NCBI GenBank assembly: GCA_951406725.2
Contig: OX597839.1
Location: 23,994,001-24,058,000, forward strand
Reading direction: 5' to 3'
DNA: 64,000 bases
From: Octopus vulgaris
Taxonomy: Eukaryota
Each line of letters begins with the position of its first letter. The stretch's first letter is position 1. A program made the position numbers and the translations under genes. A model generated the notes under the pieces. It had not been told where the DNA came from. It ran no database searches and saw nothing but the letters and a program-made list of their open reading frames with translations. Below, piece by piece: positions 12,900 to 26,219 of the stretch.

Positions 12900-13257
12900 T
12901 TAATTCTTCGACTTGTTTCAGTTATTTGACTGCAGCCATGCTGGAGCAGCACCTTTAGTCGAACAAATCGACTAGTACTCATTCTATTGATCTCTTGTGC
13001 TGAACTGCTAAGTTAGAGGGATGTAAACACACCAACATCAGTTGTCAAGCAACAGTGGGACGATAAATATATTCATAAATATATATATATATATGACGGG
13101 CTTATTTCAGTTTCCGTCTACCAAATCCACTCACAAGGCATTGGTCGGCCCGGGGCTATAGCAGAAGACACTTGCCCAAAATGCCACGCAGTAGGACTGA
13201 ACCTGGAACCATGTGGTTGGTTAGCAAGCTACTTACCACACAGCCACTCCTGCACCT
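12900..13257 (-). mobile_element. SINE family A copy
   Basis: Reverse-complement match to 3365-3795. Confidence 0.8.
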
Positions 13258-13792
13258 AAGTTCATTTTCCGAGCTGTCATGCATTGGACGACTAGACAGG
13301 ATCCAATGAAACAGGGGATCACATCGAGCCCCAATGTCTGTTTTGGCATGGATCCTACGTTGACCACTGGTATCAATGAGGCTACCCAGTAACTGCTAAT
13401 ACGAGACCCCTTCAACTGGGTGGGAGGGGTTCTTTGCCAAGTGATGAGAGATTGAAGTTTGATGGAGCGAAATATCTTGCTGAAGAGGAGATATGTGGCT
13501 CCCTCTGTTGGAGAGAGAGGGAAATCTTTTAATGAGCAATGAGATGTCGGGGAGGGGGGTAGCCTCGAGGTAGAGGGTTGGGGAGTGAATAGAGGAGGAA
13601 AAGAGACAAGGGACTGGGTTTAGGGTAAGTTCTGGCGAGTGTGAAAGGGGTGGGATGAAAAAGGGCTGGAGATGAGGTGAGAGATGAATCGAATGAGTGG
13701 TGAAGAGGAGCAGTGATGTGGTCAATGGTGAAGAATCTCAATGTGATGGAGAGGGTGAAAGGAAAGGCGGTGGGGTGGGCAGTGGTGTGCTA

Positions 13793-14046
13793 CCTTGTGA
13801 AAGGTGGGAGAGTCCAGTTTGCTGGACATTGTTGTAGAGCTGAAAACAAGGCAATTTCTACTCTTCTCCTCTGGAAGCCATCTACTCGCAATACCAGAGG
13901 ACGCACACTCTCCTGCCCTGATGTAATCTCCAGGGATACAGGCATCCAGCAACAGGACCTCCGTAATGCCATGATGGACTGTGAAGTCTGGCGTAGCATG
14001 GTAAATTCCATTGTCTCGACCACGGTTGAACGATGATGATGATGAT
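13793..14046 (+). mobile_element. RTE LINE 3' fragment, same family as 52700-53223
   Basis: Near-identical to 52975-53223, with a (GAT)n tail. Confidence 0.85.
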
Positions 14047-14599
14047 AATGGTGATGGTGTGATGAAGCTGAAAACCTTGCTGATAGATGAGAAATGGGTG
14101 TGATGGTGATGTTGGTAGCAAGGGGGGAGGGGAATATAGTGACAAAGGTGGTAGGAATGTGAGGGGTGGGTCTATGAAAACTGGTTTGAGAGTGAGAATG
14201 AGGGAGAGGTGACAATAAAAAGGGATCCCAAGGAAGGAGATAACTGCCAGCAGAGAAGGTGGCAGGGTCATATAATGACCACCCCTGAGGGAACAGTTTT
14301 GAAAAACCGATGGAAGGATGTGTGTTAGGAAGATGAATTGTAGGGTAAGTAATATACTTTTTCCCGCTTCCATTTCTGCTGAGATGTTTCGGTTCTTCTT
14401 CAGCAGCGTATCACCAATTATCTTGGTCCTTTGAGGGTCAACATCCTGAAGTTAGTCTTCACTACTTTGTCCATGACTTTCTGATTTGGCTTGGTTTCTA
14501 TGGCTGGGTGCCCTTCCTAACGCCAGCCACTCCAAGTGTGTAATGAGTGTGCCATTTGTGCGACACCAATATCTGCCACAACTGGGCTTACAAAAGAGT

Positions 14600-14945
14600 C
14601 TGGGTCTCCTTCTTCCACAGGTCCATGTAGTCCATGGCCCACTGCAGGTCCCATTCACATTTAGCAACAGGTGCTTCTCTATGTGACTGTCATCATCCAT
14701 ATACATCAGACGACCAAACCATTGCAGTCTTCTAATGCATAACTTTTTCTTCTCTCAAAACGGATTTCCTATCTCCAAACGGATTTTGGCTGGGTTCAGT
14801 TCTTTCAAATCATCGCAGGTCGTCTGCATTCACAACCCACATCTCACTGCCTTTTGCATTGCTGTTTGTACTCGAAGCATCGTACAATTTGCCTCTCACC
14901 CTGAAAGAGAGGCCTTTTGCAACCAACAGAAGTAACCACCTTAAA
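14600..14945 (-). mobile_element. Decayed RTE LINE fragment
   Basis: LLLVAKGLSFRVRGKLYDA...GSEMW and RRLQWFG-like motifs, disrupted by frameshifts. Confidence 0.55.
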
Positions 14946-14970
14946 CATCTTATATGACCATCACCTTTAA

Positions 14971-15192
14971 CCCTTTTGATACCAACCCGGCTGAAACCGC
15001 TTCTGGTTCTGTAGTACAAATGTCTTATTTTCAAAAGTTCTGAATTAAAATCTTCCACCAAGCCTTAGTCACAGTTTATGTTCCTAACACTAGCTGAATG
15101 ATAATGAAGTTATTTTACTAAATTCTTTGTTATATTTAAAGTAATTGAAAGAAACACAGAGCATCTCAACAGAAATATGGTAACAAAAGGGG
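14971..15192. mobile_element. piggyBac-type MITE (TTAA TSD, CCCTTT termini)
   Basis: ttaa-CCCTTTTGATACC...GGTAACAAAAGGGG-ttaa. Related copies at about 32300-32509, 53424-53938 and 59487-59759. Confidence 0.7.
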
Positions 15193-15749
15193 TTAACGTC
15201 CATTGTCCATGCTGGCATGGGTTGGACGGTTTGGCCAGGACTGGTAAGCTGAGGGGCTACACCACACTCCAGTTTGATTTGGCATGGTTTCTATGGCTGG
15301 GTGCCCTTCCTAACGCCAGCCACTCCAAGTGTATAATGAGTGTGCCACCTGCACAGGTGCCATTTGTGTGACACCAATATCTGCCACAACTACAACTTCA
15401 CGGGTCTTCTTCTCAAGCCCAGCATATTGCCAATGGAAATAAGGCTGAGCTTGAGAAGATCCATCAATATAATTATTTGCAGGATCAAATAGAACCAAGG
15501 TATTTTAATAAGGACACCAAAGTAGGGTCAGGAACAGCATATCCGTGTATCAACAGTGTTTATGGACCCTCACATTCTTACGACTGTGGATTCAGACTTG
15601 TCCTTTCAATTGCACAAGCACAGACCATTATACTCATTGATATAAGCACCCAAACATACAGTAATCCTATCGCGAGTGTTACATTCGAAACCCCCCCACC
15701 CACGACAGGTAAAAATCCGTGAAGTAGAAACAGTACTGTACTGTGTATC

Positions 15750-16110
15750 TCTCTTTACTCTTTTACTTGTTTGTCATTTTGACTGCGGCCATGCTGGAGC
15801 ACCGCCTTTAATCGAGCAACTCGACCCCGGGACTTATTCTTTTGCCGAACCACTAAGTGACGGGGACATAAACACACCAGCATCGGTTGTCAAGCAATGC
15901 TAGGGGGACAAACACAGACACACAAACATATATATATATATACATACGACGGGCTTCTTTCAGTTTCCGTCTACCAAATCCACTCACAAGGCTTTGGTTG
16001 GCCCAAGGCTATAGTAGAAGACACTTGCCCAAGGTGCCACGCAGTGGGACTGAACCCGGAACCATGTGGTTGGTAAACAAGCTACTTACCACACAGCCAC
16101 TCCTACGCCT
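15750..16110 (-). mobile_element. SINE family A copy
   Basis: Reverse-complement match to 3365-3795. Confidence 0.85.
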
Positions 16111-16829
16111 ATATCTATTTTAATTACTTTTATAATTTGTTTATATTTCATTATAAATGCAAAACAACACTACGGAGGAATCGATGTGAGCTTAGATAAT
16201 AAACCACAATATGGCGAAGGATGATGATGATCATCATCATCGTTTAACATCTGCTTTCCATGCTAGCATGGGTTGGACGGTTCAACTGGGGTCTGGGAAG
16301 CCTGAAGGCTGCACCAGGCCAGTCAGATCTGGCAGTGTTTCTACAGCTGGATGCCCTTCCTAACGCCAACCACTCCATGAGTGTAGTGGGTGCTTTTACG
16401 TGCCACCGACACAGGTGCCAGACGAGGCTGGCAGACGGCCACGCTCGGATGGTGTTTTTTATGTGCCACCGACACAGGTACCAGACGAGGCTGTATATAA
16501 AAAATCACACAGTGGTTTACTCTGGCATGTAGTCCATGGCCCACTGCAGATCCAATGCAGGGAAGGTTCTGGGTGAGGTGTGGTATAAGTAATTATAGAA
16601 ATGGGTTGACAATATATATTAACATCATTTACCGTCCGCTTTCCATGCTGGCATGGGTTAGACGGTTCGATTGAAAACTAGTAAGTTGGAGAACTGCACC
16701 AGGCTCCTGTCTGATCTGGCATGGTTTCTATGGCTGGATGCCCTTCCTAACATGCCAACCACTCTGAGAGTGTAGTGGGGGATTTTTACATGACACCAGC
16801 ATCGACCGCGACTACGATTTCACTTGGCT

Positions 16830-17383
16830 TTTTACTTGTCTCAGTCATTTGGATGCGGCCATGCTGGAGCACCGCCTTTTAGTTGAACAAACTGACCCCA
16901 AGGACTTATTCTTTGTAAGCCTCGTACTTATTCTATTGGTCTCTTTTGCTGAATCGCTAAGTTATAGGGACAGAAACACACCAACAACAGTTGTCAAGCG
17001 ATGGGGGAACAAACACAGACACAAACATATATATATATATACGACGGGCTTCTTTCAGTTTCCGTCTACCAAATCTACTCACAAGGCTTTGGTCGGCCTG
17101 AAGCTGTAGAAGAAGACACTTGCCCAAGATGCCACGCAGTGGGACTGAACCCGGAACCATGTGGTTGGTTAGCAAGCATCTTACCACACAGCCACTCCTG
17201 CACCTATATATATATATATATATATATACGACGGGCTTCTTTCAGTTTCCGTCTACCAAATCCACTCACAAGGCTTTGGTCGGCCCGAGGCTATAGTAGA
17301 AGACACTTGCCCAAGGTGCCACGCAGTGGGACTGAACCCGGAACCATGTGGTTGGTAAACAAGCTACTTACCACACAGCCACA
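16830..17383 (-). mobile_element. SINE family A copy with a tandem extra head half
   Basis: Full copy at 16830-17205, then (TA)n and a second head at 17228-17383. Confidence 0.8.
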
Positions 17384-17489
17384 CCTATTTTTAAAATAAC
17401 AAGGAGTGTATAAAAGAAGTTAAGACATTATCAATACAAACCGGTGCGTAGAAAAAAAACCTCCAAATTTCAAAACATCATCAATTCCT

Positions 17490-17555
17490 GAAATACAGAC
17501 AAAAAAAAAAAGGAAAGAAAAAAAGGCCACAGGTTTTACTCCTCTTAATTTTATT
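17490..17555 (-). terminator. Putative polyadenylation signal with downstream U/GU-rich element
   Basis: AATAAA on the minus strand at 17555-17550, followed about 25 nt later by TTTTTTTCTTTCCTTTTTTTTTTTGTCTGT. SINEs resume at about 17385. Confidence 0.6.
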
Positions 17556-18293
17556 ACTTTTAGACATAACAAATTATTTCTTGCTTTTAAATCATTTTGT
17601 TTTCATCTTTTTTTTTTTGGTTCTTTTATATATATGTTTTTCAAATATTTTAAAATGTCTTTTTTGTTTTCTCTTTAAAGTAGAAACAAAGATAGATAGA
17701 ATTGTTGTTCTAAAATCATTTACATTATATTACAAATGTGAAAAAAAACTCTTCTCTGCAGGAAAATTAAGAGGGGGACCCCAAATGGGAACGAGGGGGC
17801 TGGGGTGGTGGGGGGCGAGAGTTAGGAATGGGGGGAAGGCGGGGAGGAGAGAGAGAGAGAGAGAAAAACAGCTGGGAACAGGAAGAAAAAGAAAAAGAAA
17901 AAACGAGTTGTTGGCCTCCAATCCAAAGGAGTTTAAGGAATTGGCTAAGAAACACACAACTCTTGAATGTCGACAAACAAACAAACAAAATGTAGCTTTT
18001 TATGAAACCCACCCCCACAAAAAAAAAAAAAAAGACAGACAGACAGACATTTATAGCTAGGAGTACTAGAGTTGGGAGAAGAAGACGAAGAAAAACAAGG
18101 TGAGACAAAGAAAACACAGGGGTGTGTGTGTATTATATATGCGCATACACACACACACACACACACACACATACCAATTGACTGAATTTGTTCCGAGGGC
18201 AGATTTCATGTTAGTTATAAATTAAATACATTTACCCAAACGTTGAGGTTTTAGAGTTGAGGGGAGGGGGAGATTGTAAAAAATACAGAGTTT

Positions 18294-18329
<36 letters not shown>

Positions 18330-21300
18330 GTCTCTTGGAGAATGTTCGTTCGTATATGCATTCCTGGTTTTCCGTCCATAAAGAACCATTGAGTTAATTA
18401 CTAAAATCTAAACCGGGGGCCACAGTTGTTTATGTTGTATGCACAGCTTTTGGCAACCCAGTGCAGTACGTGTTGATGTATGCACACACACACACACACA
18501 CACTCAGAAACAGGGGGGAAAGGGGTTAAGGGAAGGCCCCAGCAGCAGATATATAAATAAATACACAGTCTTTATAAAATTATGTGCCCCCTTTTTGAAA
18601 TGAGATGAAATCAAAGAGGAACCTTTATTTCTATTACAACACCAGTTTCCAGAGATGAGCCAAACTGAAATATTTCAAGTTCCAATTTCTTAATTGGAAT
18701 CTGAGACTAGTTGAAGACATGGCTACGATAACCAGGAGAGAGAAGCAACCAAGTTTGGGAGAGAGAGAGAGAGAGAAAAAAAAAAGTGTAGGAAAAGAAA
18801 CTTGCTGCCTTCTCACCGTTTTAATATCAAAGTGACACATCAGAAGTAATGTTTTAGAATCTTTCTTTTGAAACAGAGAGAGGAACTTATTTTGGTCAAT
18901 GATCACACACACACACATCTATATTGGACACTGTATTGGTGAATAAATATTCAATTGTGAGTTAACAAGGCTACCACTGGTTTCATGTCACAAGAAGTCT
19001 TAACAATTATCAGACCTGTCACCTGAGGCATTGGGGGCCGACTTCCAGCTTGGATGGAAACATCAAAATGGGAGGCCAGCAATAATCCCCCATGCAGAAG
19101 GGTCGATAATTGTTGAGACTGCTCTCGACATGAAACCAAAGGTAGCCCCTGGTTAACTCACAAATAAAGAATAAATATATATATATATATATATATCTGT
19201 ATGCACGTGTTCATACACACATAGACACATAAACACAAGTCCCAAACACAAATGCATATACACACGGGTGTGTGTGTGTGTGTGTATATATATATTTGAA
19301 ACAGTGACAGGACAGACTTGCCTGGGTCACACATACACACACTGCTTTTCAAGAGAGGCTCCTTCCTCTGGACGTGAGCCGCCACAGAGGTGATCAAACA
19401 ACAGTCCTGAGGTAATTAGTGGTCTTAATTGTTTACTACAATTGCTGGACGCTCATCAAAGGGATGGGGTGGGGTGGCAGAAGAGAGAGAGAGAGAGAGA
19501 GAGAGTGAATAATAATCACATAATACACGTGGGTTTAATAACATCAATCAAGAAGAGACCAGAGTCCACCTGGTGCACCAGGTGTACTGAGGTGAGGTGA
19601 AGGACCCCAGCACAACCGGTGGAACAACAATATTCAACCGAACGTTGTGAGTTACGTCTAAGGAAACAAGAAGAAGGCTGGGGAATGGGATGGGGTGTGG
19701 GGGGAAGGGGGGAGATGGCGGGGTGGGGGGGGTTAGGGTAGAACGATCCACAGGCGTGGCACCCGGTTCCTCCTCCCCTGCCATGTGCCATTCATGACTC
19801 CACCGGGGCTAAATTAATTAGCAGGAAATAATTGTAAATATATATATATAAACACATTGAAAATAAACTTCTAAGCATCTGCCATAATACAGAAATAAAT
19901 AAAAATAAAATGTTTTTTTTTATTGTTTTTTGTGGAAACCATCATCGTTCAAGGTTGTCAGCCTCCTCTTCTTCCTCCACCAAACAAAAGTGGCACAGAT
20001 GGCTTAGTTTTGTAGTAGTAGTAGTAGTAGTAGTAATAGTACTTGTTAGTAGTTGTCAGAGCAACCCATGTAGGTTAAAACTAAATCCTTATCAGATCAG
20101 TTCAAATATAAGTGTGTGTGTGTGTGTGTGTGTTTATTGGTCTTTTACAACTTCAACAATCAGGGACTTTTGTGAACGGAAAAAAAAAAAAGGGGATACA
20201 ATAAGAAAAGAGACGTGAAGACTCTTGGGCTGGGGAAGAGGAGGAGGAGGAAGGGAGGTGATGAAGCCCAGAAGAGCAGAGTTCAAAGCCTGGGTCTTCT
20301 TGTCAATGGTCTAATCATGGGAACGTTTTAAGGTTTCAGAGTCAATGTCCAGTTCTGTTCACCACCAGACAGTTTTAGCAAACACAGGAATGATGAATAA
20401 GGCATTTATTCCTCGACGTGGTAAGATTTATTAGTTAGAATGATGGTGATAGAACAGGATTCGCTCTCTCTCTCTCTCTCCTCCCTCTAGCATTATAAAT
20501 GGACATTGAGAATAGCTATGAAATATTAAAATCAATGAAGTTGATTACATCATCTAATCAGGGGCTCACAAATGAAGTGGTTATTTTAAGGGTCAATTCG
20601 ATTTCTATTTTTGACAAAGGCTGGCTCAGAAATAGGGGAAATGACTTCAATCTCCTCATGAGTGTCTTTTAATTGTTTTGTATAAAATATTCCAACTGGG
20701 ACAGATAAATACAATGAAAAACCAGCCTCCATGTCTCTATAACGAGAGGGGGACAGACTTTTGGATATACACAAATACTTCTAAGGGATGTTGATCTGTT
20801 AAACACTGACCGATGTGGAATGTCCAATTCCAACAACCAAAGAAAGAATTAAGAAGCTACAAGACAAGAGTCGTTTTGAGAACAAACAGTTTGGATGAGG
20901 ACAATGATGCACAGAAAATTGAACGGCTAATCTTGGTTCCCTTTTTGTAAAGAGATACAAATTAGGAAAAAAAGGGAACTGATGTAAATTAGTTTATTCA
21001 ATGAATGGGATTTATATGTGGGGACAAGAAGCAGAGGACCAAAGTGCCGCAACCGAGACAAGAGAATAATAAACAGAAAGCAGACGAAGAAGAACCGATT
21101 GAGACGATATTCGAGTTCCTCCATTGGTATTTCAGGGAAATGGAAGAAACGAAAGAAGAAGAGGAAGAAACTATTTTTATGTCTTTGCAATCAATTTAGG
21201 ACGAGGCTGGAATAGAATGAAATAGGGGTCTTAGAAAAGTGTGGGAGATAATTAGTTGGATAATAATTATTAAAGCTGGGAATCAATTTTGGTGATTGGA

Positions 21301-23631
21301 GACTGTTGAGAGGGGTGGGGGCCCCGAGAGATTTGGAAATGCTTATCTCTAGAGGAAAGCAAAAGAGGAGCAGAGTTAATGGAATCAGAAGTCAGTTGAT
21401 GTCATGAGGACTGAAGAACTTGTCTTCACAGACAATCAACAGCATTAAAAAAAAAAAGAGGAATGTGGTGGGGGCAGAGTAAGGGTCAGGGGTCAATGAG
21501 ATAATTTCATTAGGAAGATTCTCAAGGGTCAGCAAGCACCAACACTTAAAATAGTTATAGATTTGTGGGTCATCCACCCTCTGATGTCCACATGGAGAAT
21601 CCTGCATTTAAGGGCCAAGAAAATAGGGGTTGTCCCTCTGTAACAACTTGCAGACGCACAAAGTTCCATCGGAGACAGCTGCCAGATGGCGTTACAAGAA
21701 ATGGTGTGAATATTATAATTACAGAACGAATGCACATTCTAAAAGAACATTCCTAGTTGCAGATAAAGACACCATTGTCTTCTGTCAGGGTTCAATTCTA
21801 ACTCGCTCTGTTCTTGCACTCAATTCAACCGGTATTTTATACAAACTTTGGAAAGTTTCTAAACTAGCAGATGCAATACGTGTACGTATGTATATAAATA
21901 TATATATATATATATGTATGTATCTACACACACACACACACAAGTATATACCCCAGTGACTCGAGGGTGGGAGAGGAGATGGTAAGAAGAGAATTTATTC
22001 CTCCAATGGCAGAAAAAAAACAAAACAAACACACACACACACACCACATGGGGGCAAAAAAAAAAAAAAAAAAAAAAAAGGGCCAAAATCTAACGACATT
22101 TCTCGGAATGAATGTATTGCAGAGGATTTTTCAAGTGATTTTGGCAGGAAAAGTTGATAGAACATCGTGATGTAAACTCAAGAGAATGAATGAAAAACCC
22201 TTTTGAGGTTGGCTACTGCTTGCCACTAACCAGCCTGCCGTCCAAGTGGTGGGGCTGGCTACTACTTGCCGCTAGCCAGCCTGCCTGCCAAATGGTGAGG
22301 CTGAATATCATCATTATTAGCCAACAACAGCATATGATTCACTAGTACATAAGCTATTCTGGAGGCTTTCTAGGACATTAAAAAAAAATTATAAAAAAAT
22401 AGAGGCCATTTCTGTTTTTGTTTGTGATATATATATTATATATATATGTATATATATATATTATATGTGTGTGTGTATAGATTACTTTTCTCTCTTTTTA
22501 GAGACAAACTGTAGTTTCAGTAAGAGCATAATTGTGTTTCTCTAGACACATAGGATTGGGAGATTTTATATTTAGGATTTAATTTAGAAAAACAGAAAAA
22601 AAAAAACAAAAACAAGGATTGTTTTAAAAATAAATGCACACATTTAACCAACTAAAAATCGAAGTTTTCTATCAAATAAATAGAAGTGATAAAGAAGTGT
22701 TTGCACAGACTGATGATAACAGCTACAGTTTGGCAAATGAAAAAAAAGAAAAAGTTTTGTTGCATAACTAACAAGAGTTAACTCCCCTTGCACGGTTTCT
22801 GGGTCTTTTTGAAGGCTTAAAACCAAGAACAAATTAATTATAAAAGATCCTGGGACTTGCTTTGAGCAAGAAGACATGGTAGGAGGGAGGGGGGCAGAAG
22901 GGGGGCAACCGACCAGGAATAATCGATCTAATTTAGAAATCAATTTTTGTTTTGTTGTATGGTTTTTTTTTTTTTTTTTGTTGTTAATCAACGACGCCAT
23001 TGATTATTATTATTATTATTATTATTATTGTTATTGTTATTAGCTGCTCCAGCAGTTCAAGTTGATGGTTTGACTCCCTGAACAGAGGCATAAAAATCAG
23101 GTTTGTACCCGTTCCCCACAAAGTACCAAGTACAAGAAGCATGTGTGTGTGTGTGTGTGTGTGTAGCCGTTACTTCAGTCAACAGATAAAAAGTACAGCC
23201 TGTACAAGCAGCCACCCTCATCATCATTAATTTAATTAGCGTGGTTGATCCAATTAAATAGCAAAGTGTTGTTGTTGTTTTTAAAAAGTCACCAGTTCAT
23301 AGATTAATATTAATAATTATTATTATATTTATATTCATTTATTTATATATATATAAATATATATATATGTAGTTTTATAGTTTGTCTTTTTTTTTTTTGA
23401 AACTCCTTCCGGCATGGTGCGGTTTATCACAAGGTGTGTTGTGAGAAGGATCTGTCGAGAAGAGAGAATTACGCTTCAGTCACCACAAGAAAGTGGGGGG
23501 GAAGGGGAGAAAAATGGAAAAGAAAAAGGAAGAAACGGAAAAAAAAAAAACCCAAGAAAAAAACCACAGAATGAAAGGCACAGGTATATGTGACTGATAT
23601 TCGTCTTATCTTGTCCCCCCCGTTTATATAT

Positions 23632-23704
<73 letters not shown>

Positions 23705-24121
23705 CAGAAGAGGAGGAAAGGAAGAGGAAAAAGAAAGAGAGAGAGAGAGAGAAGGAGTCCACAACCTTTGGTGATGATTTTATTTTTTTCTATTTGTTTC
23801 ATTTTTTGTGTTTATTATTATTATTATTATTTTTTTTTTTTTCCAAAGTTTATGTCAAACCGTCACTGGTGCAGGATCTAATAGCAGACTAGAATCAAAA
23901 GTATCTCTTTGCATATCTGATCATCAAGAAAAACCATTTTTTTCCTTTTTTTTTGTGTGTGTTTTGTTTTTCGGTTGGCATGATCACTTTATTATTATTA
24001 ATATTATTATCATCATAATTATTATTATTATCATCATCATCATCATCATCCCCTGAATACCATTTCTATCCAAAGAAACAGTACAAGTTGTAATTGTTCC
24101 CCTTAGCTGGCCAGCAGTGTG

Positions 24122-24162
<41 letters not shown>

Positions 24163-24246
24163 TTGTGTGTGTGTGCGTGAGTCTCTCCATGACTCCCACC
24201 GCAAATCGAGGCCGTCGAGCAACTGCTACTTCCATAATAATAATAA
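17530..24246 (-). other. Putative long 3' UTR of Atrophin (about 6.7 kb)
   Basis: Lies directly downstream of the stop codon, contains none of the SINE/MITE families abundant elsewhere, and ends at a polyA signal. Confidence 0.6.
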
Positions 24247-24339
24247 TCAGTGAGGCAAGTGTCCTGCTGCTCCGTAACGCTCCCGTTCCATTGCAAAGTG
24301 GCGTTGCATAGCTTCATGATGAGCTGCTTGTGTTGAGAT
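24247..24339 (-). CDS. RERE: Atrophin/RERE terminal coding exon with stop codon
   Basis: Acceptor tctgtctgtttcAG, phase 0. Encodes ISTQAAHHEAMQRHFAMERERYGAAGHLPH-TGA; joined to the previous exon this resembles the RERE AHQL...ELQRLAMEQ C-terminus. Confidence 0.85.
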   Translation of the reverse strand: MSTQAAHHEAMQRHFAMERERYGAAGHLPH

Positions 24340-24764
24340 CTGAAACAGACAGACAGCAACGTTAGACCCAACAACAAACACACTTTCCTATCGCCTCCCA
24401 CACAACACCTACAATTACGAATTGATTTATTCAAATATAACACATTTTTTATCATTTAGTAAGTGTGATGAACATTATCAACATGTTTTTTTTATACAGC
24501 AATTACAATAAATCTAGCTAAACTTTATTTTTCTTCTATACAAAATCACAATAAATAAAATTCAGTGTTTATGAGAGATGAGTGAAACTGTTGGTTTGCA
24601 TTTTACACAACCAACTACAAAATGTGTCTAACTGACATGACTGCCACATGTTGTGGTAGGTAGTACAGGAAATACAATAGGTTTAGCAGGATTTATTTGC
24701 CCTTTCAATACAAATCATCAAAATCTCATCTTCACTATTTTTGTTCGAGTTTTAATGCTGGAAA

Positions 24765-24881
24765 GGAAGCAAGAATAATCCAAGCAGGGATGCTGGTTGG
24801 ACAAGGAAGTCTCTTAGCAGACGTCACTCCATTTGAACAAATACCACTGGAAATTGGCATAAATGGTTAGAAATTTGCATG
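24765..24881 (-). pseudogene. Degenerate duplicate of the 26220-26381 candidate exon
   Basis: Aligns by eye to about 26270-26388. Acceptor AG is replaced by AA, with a short deletion and in-frame stops. Confidence 0.5.
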
Positions 24882-26219
24882 GAGCGAACCCCAAATCTCC
24901 AACAAAATGTCATACAAAATCTTCAGAACACAACAATAAATCACAAAACAACGACAAATGCACAAAAATAACAGTGATGGTAACAACAACAATAAAAAAA
25001 AAAACAAGTATTCTTGTTTTCCTTCCCAACATTACTGATCTTCAAAATACATTTAAAATATAAGGATTTACACAAAAAAAATCTAAAACTTCTGCTGTAC
25101 AATACTAACAGCATTAAAATCACTTTTATGGAACTAAAAGAAGTTTGTTTTATTCATGGCATTCATCTAACAAAATATTCTTCCTAGCAGACCACAGAAC
25201 AACCACATTCCAAATTATTGTGCTCAAGTCGGAGTATACAGACACTTTTACAAAGGTGGTGGTTTTATAACAGATAAAACATGCATTCGATGCACACATA
25301 CACATATATATTTACATATGTATATATATCACAGACGACACTACACAGAGATGAACATGCTTTCAAAATGAAAACTAGCAAAACAAGACACACACACACA
25401 CACACACACAATCACCAACCTAAGCCAACAACTCCACAGGTTACAACCCACTCCCCAGCTACAGCAACTAAACAGTTTAACTAGTAAATCACACAGCAGA
25501 AATAGTCCAACTTAATTAATCACATAATTACACCAATACTATGTGGAACCAAAATAAGACTTAGCATCAAACAACAAAGAAATAACAAATAAAATAAAAA
25601 AAATGGCAAATATTTGCATGGAACATCGATGACAAAACAGGAGAAACACTAATTGGAATAATTATGAGCACGGTTAATTAATGAGTGACACCATAGCCTG
25701 GGGGTGACACAACGACGACGACCCTGTATCACACTGCAACACCAAGCAAACATCCTTGCCATGAAGGGATTTCTCACAACTCAGCCACCAAACAAAAAGA
25801 AACAAAAAATGATAGGAAAAAAAAAAAAAAACCACACAAAGAAGACAGAAACACAAAACAAAAAATATGCACCTTTCACTTAATACTGGGAGTTTTTATC
25901 TCTTCCTTCCACCAGACACCTACAAAACAATAGGGAAATCCAGAGACTGAAACATGTCAGACCGAGACAATATCGCAAACGTTCACCCAAAACACGGAGC
26001 ATCCAAACGAATCACGACATTCAAATCCAAAAAGGGTCAAAGGACCAGAGCCTGGAAAGAAGCTGGACAAAATCAGAATAAAACAATATGTTTAACAGGC
26101 CATAAATTGCCATTTATACCAACGAATGTTAGGGTACTATTTGGCAAATCCCTTGTGTTACAGGATTTCATTGACCCTTTCAATGGAAAACCCCTGCATT
26201 AAAGGGTTCATACTAAAAT

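Noticed and set aside
17581-23881. Many 60-160 aa ORFs in the putative 3' UTR
   Set aside because: They are low-complexity translations of homopolymers and microsatellites, with no domain motifs or splice structure.
24226-24249. Possible stop-codon readthrough of Atrophin
   Set aside because: The context is UGA-UUA rather than UGA-CUAG, and the extension is a (TTA)n microsatellite ending within seven codons.
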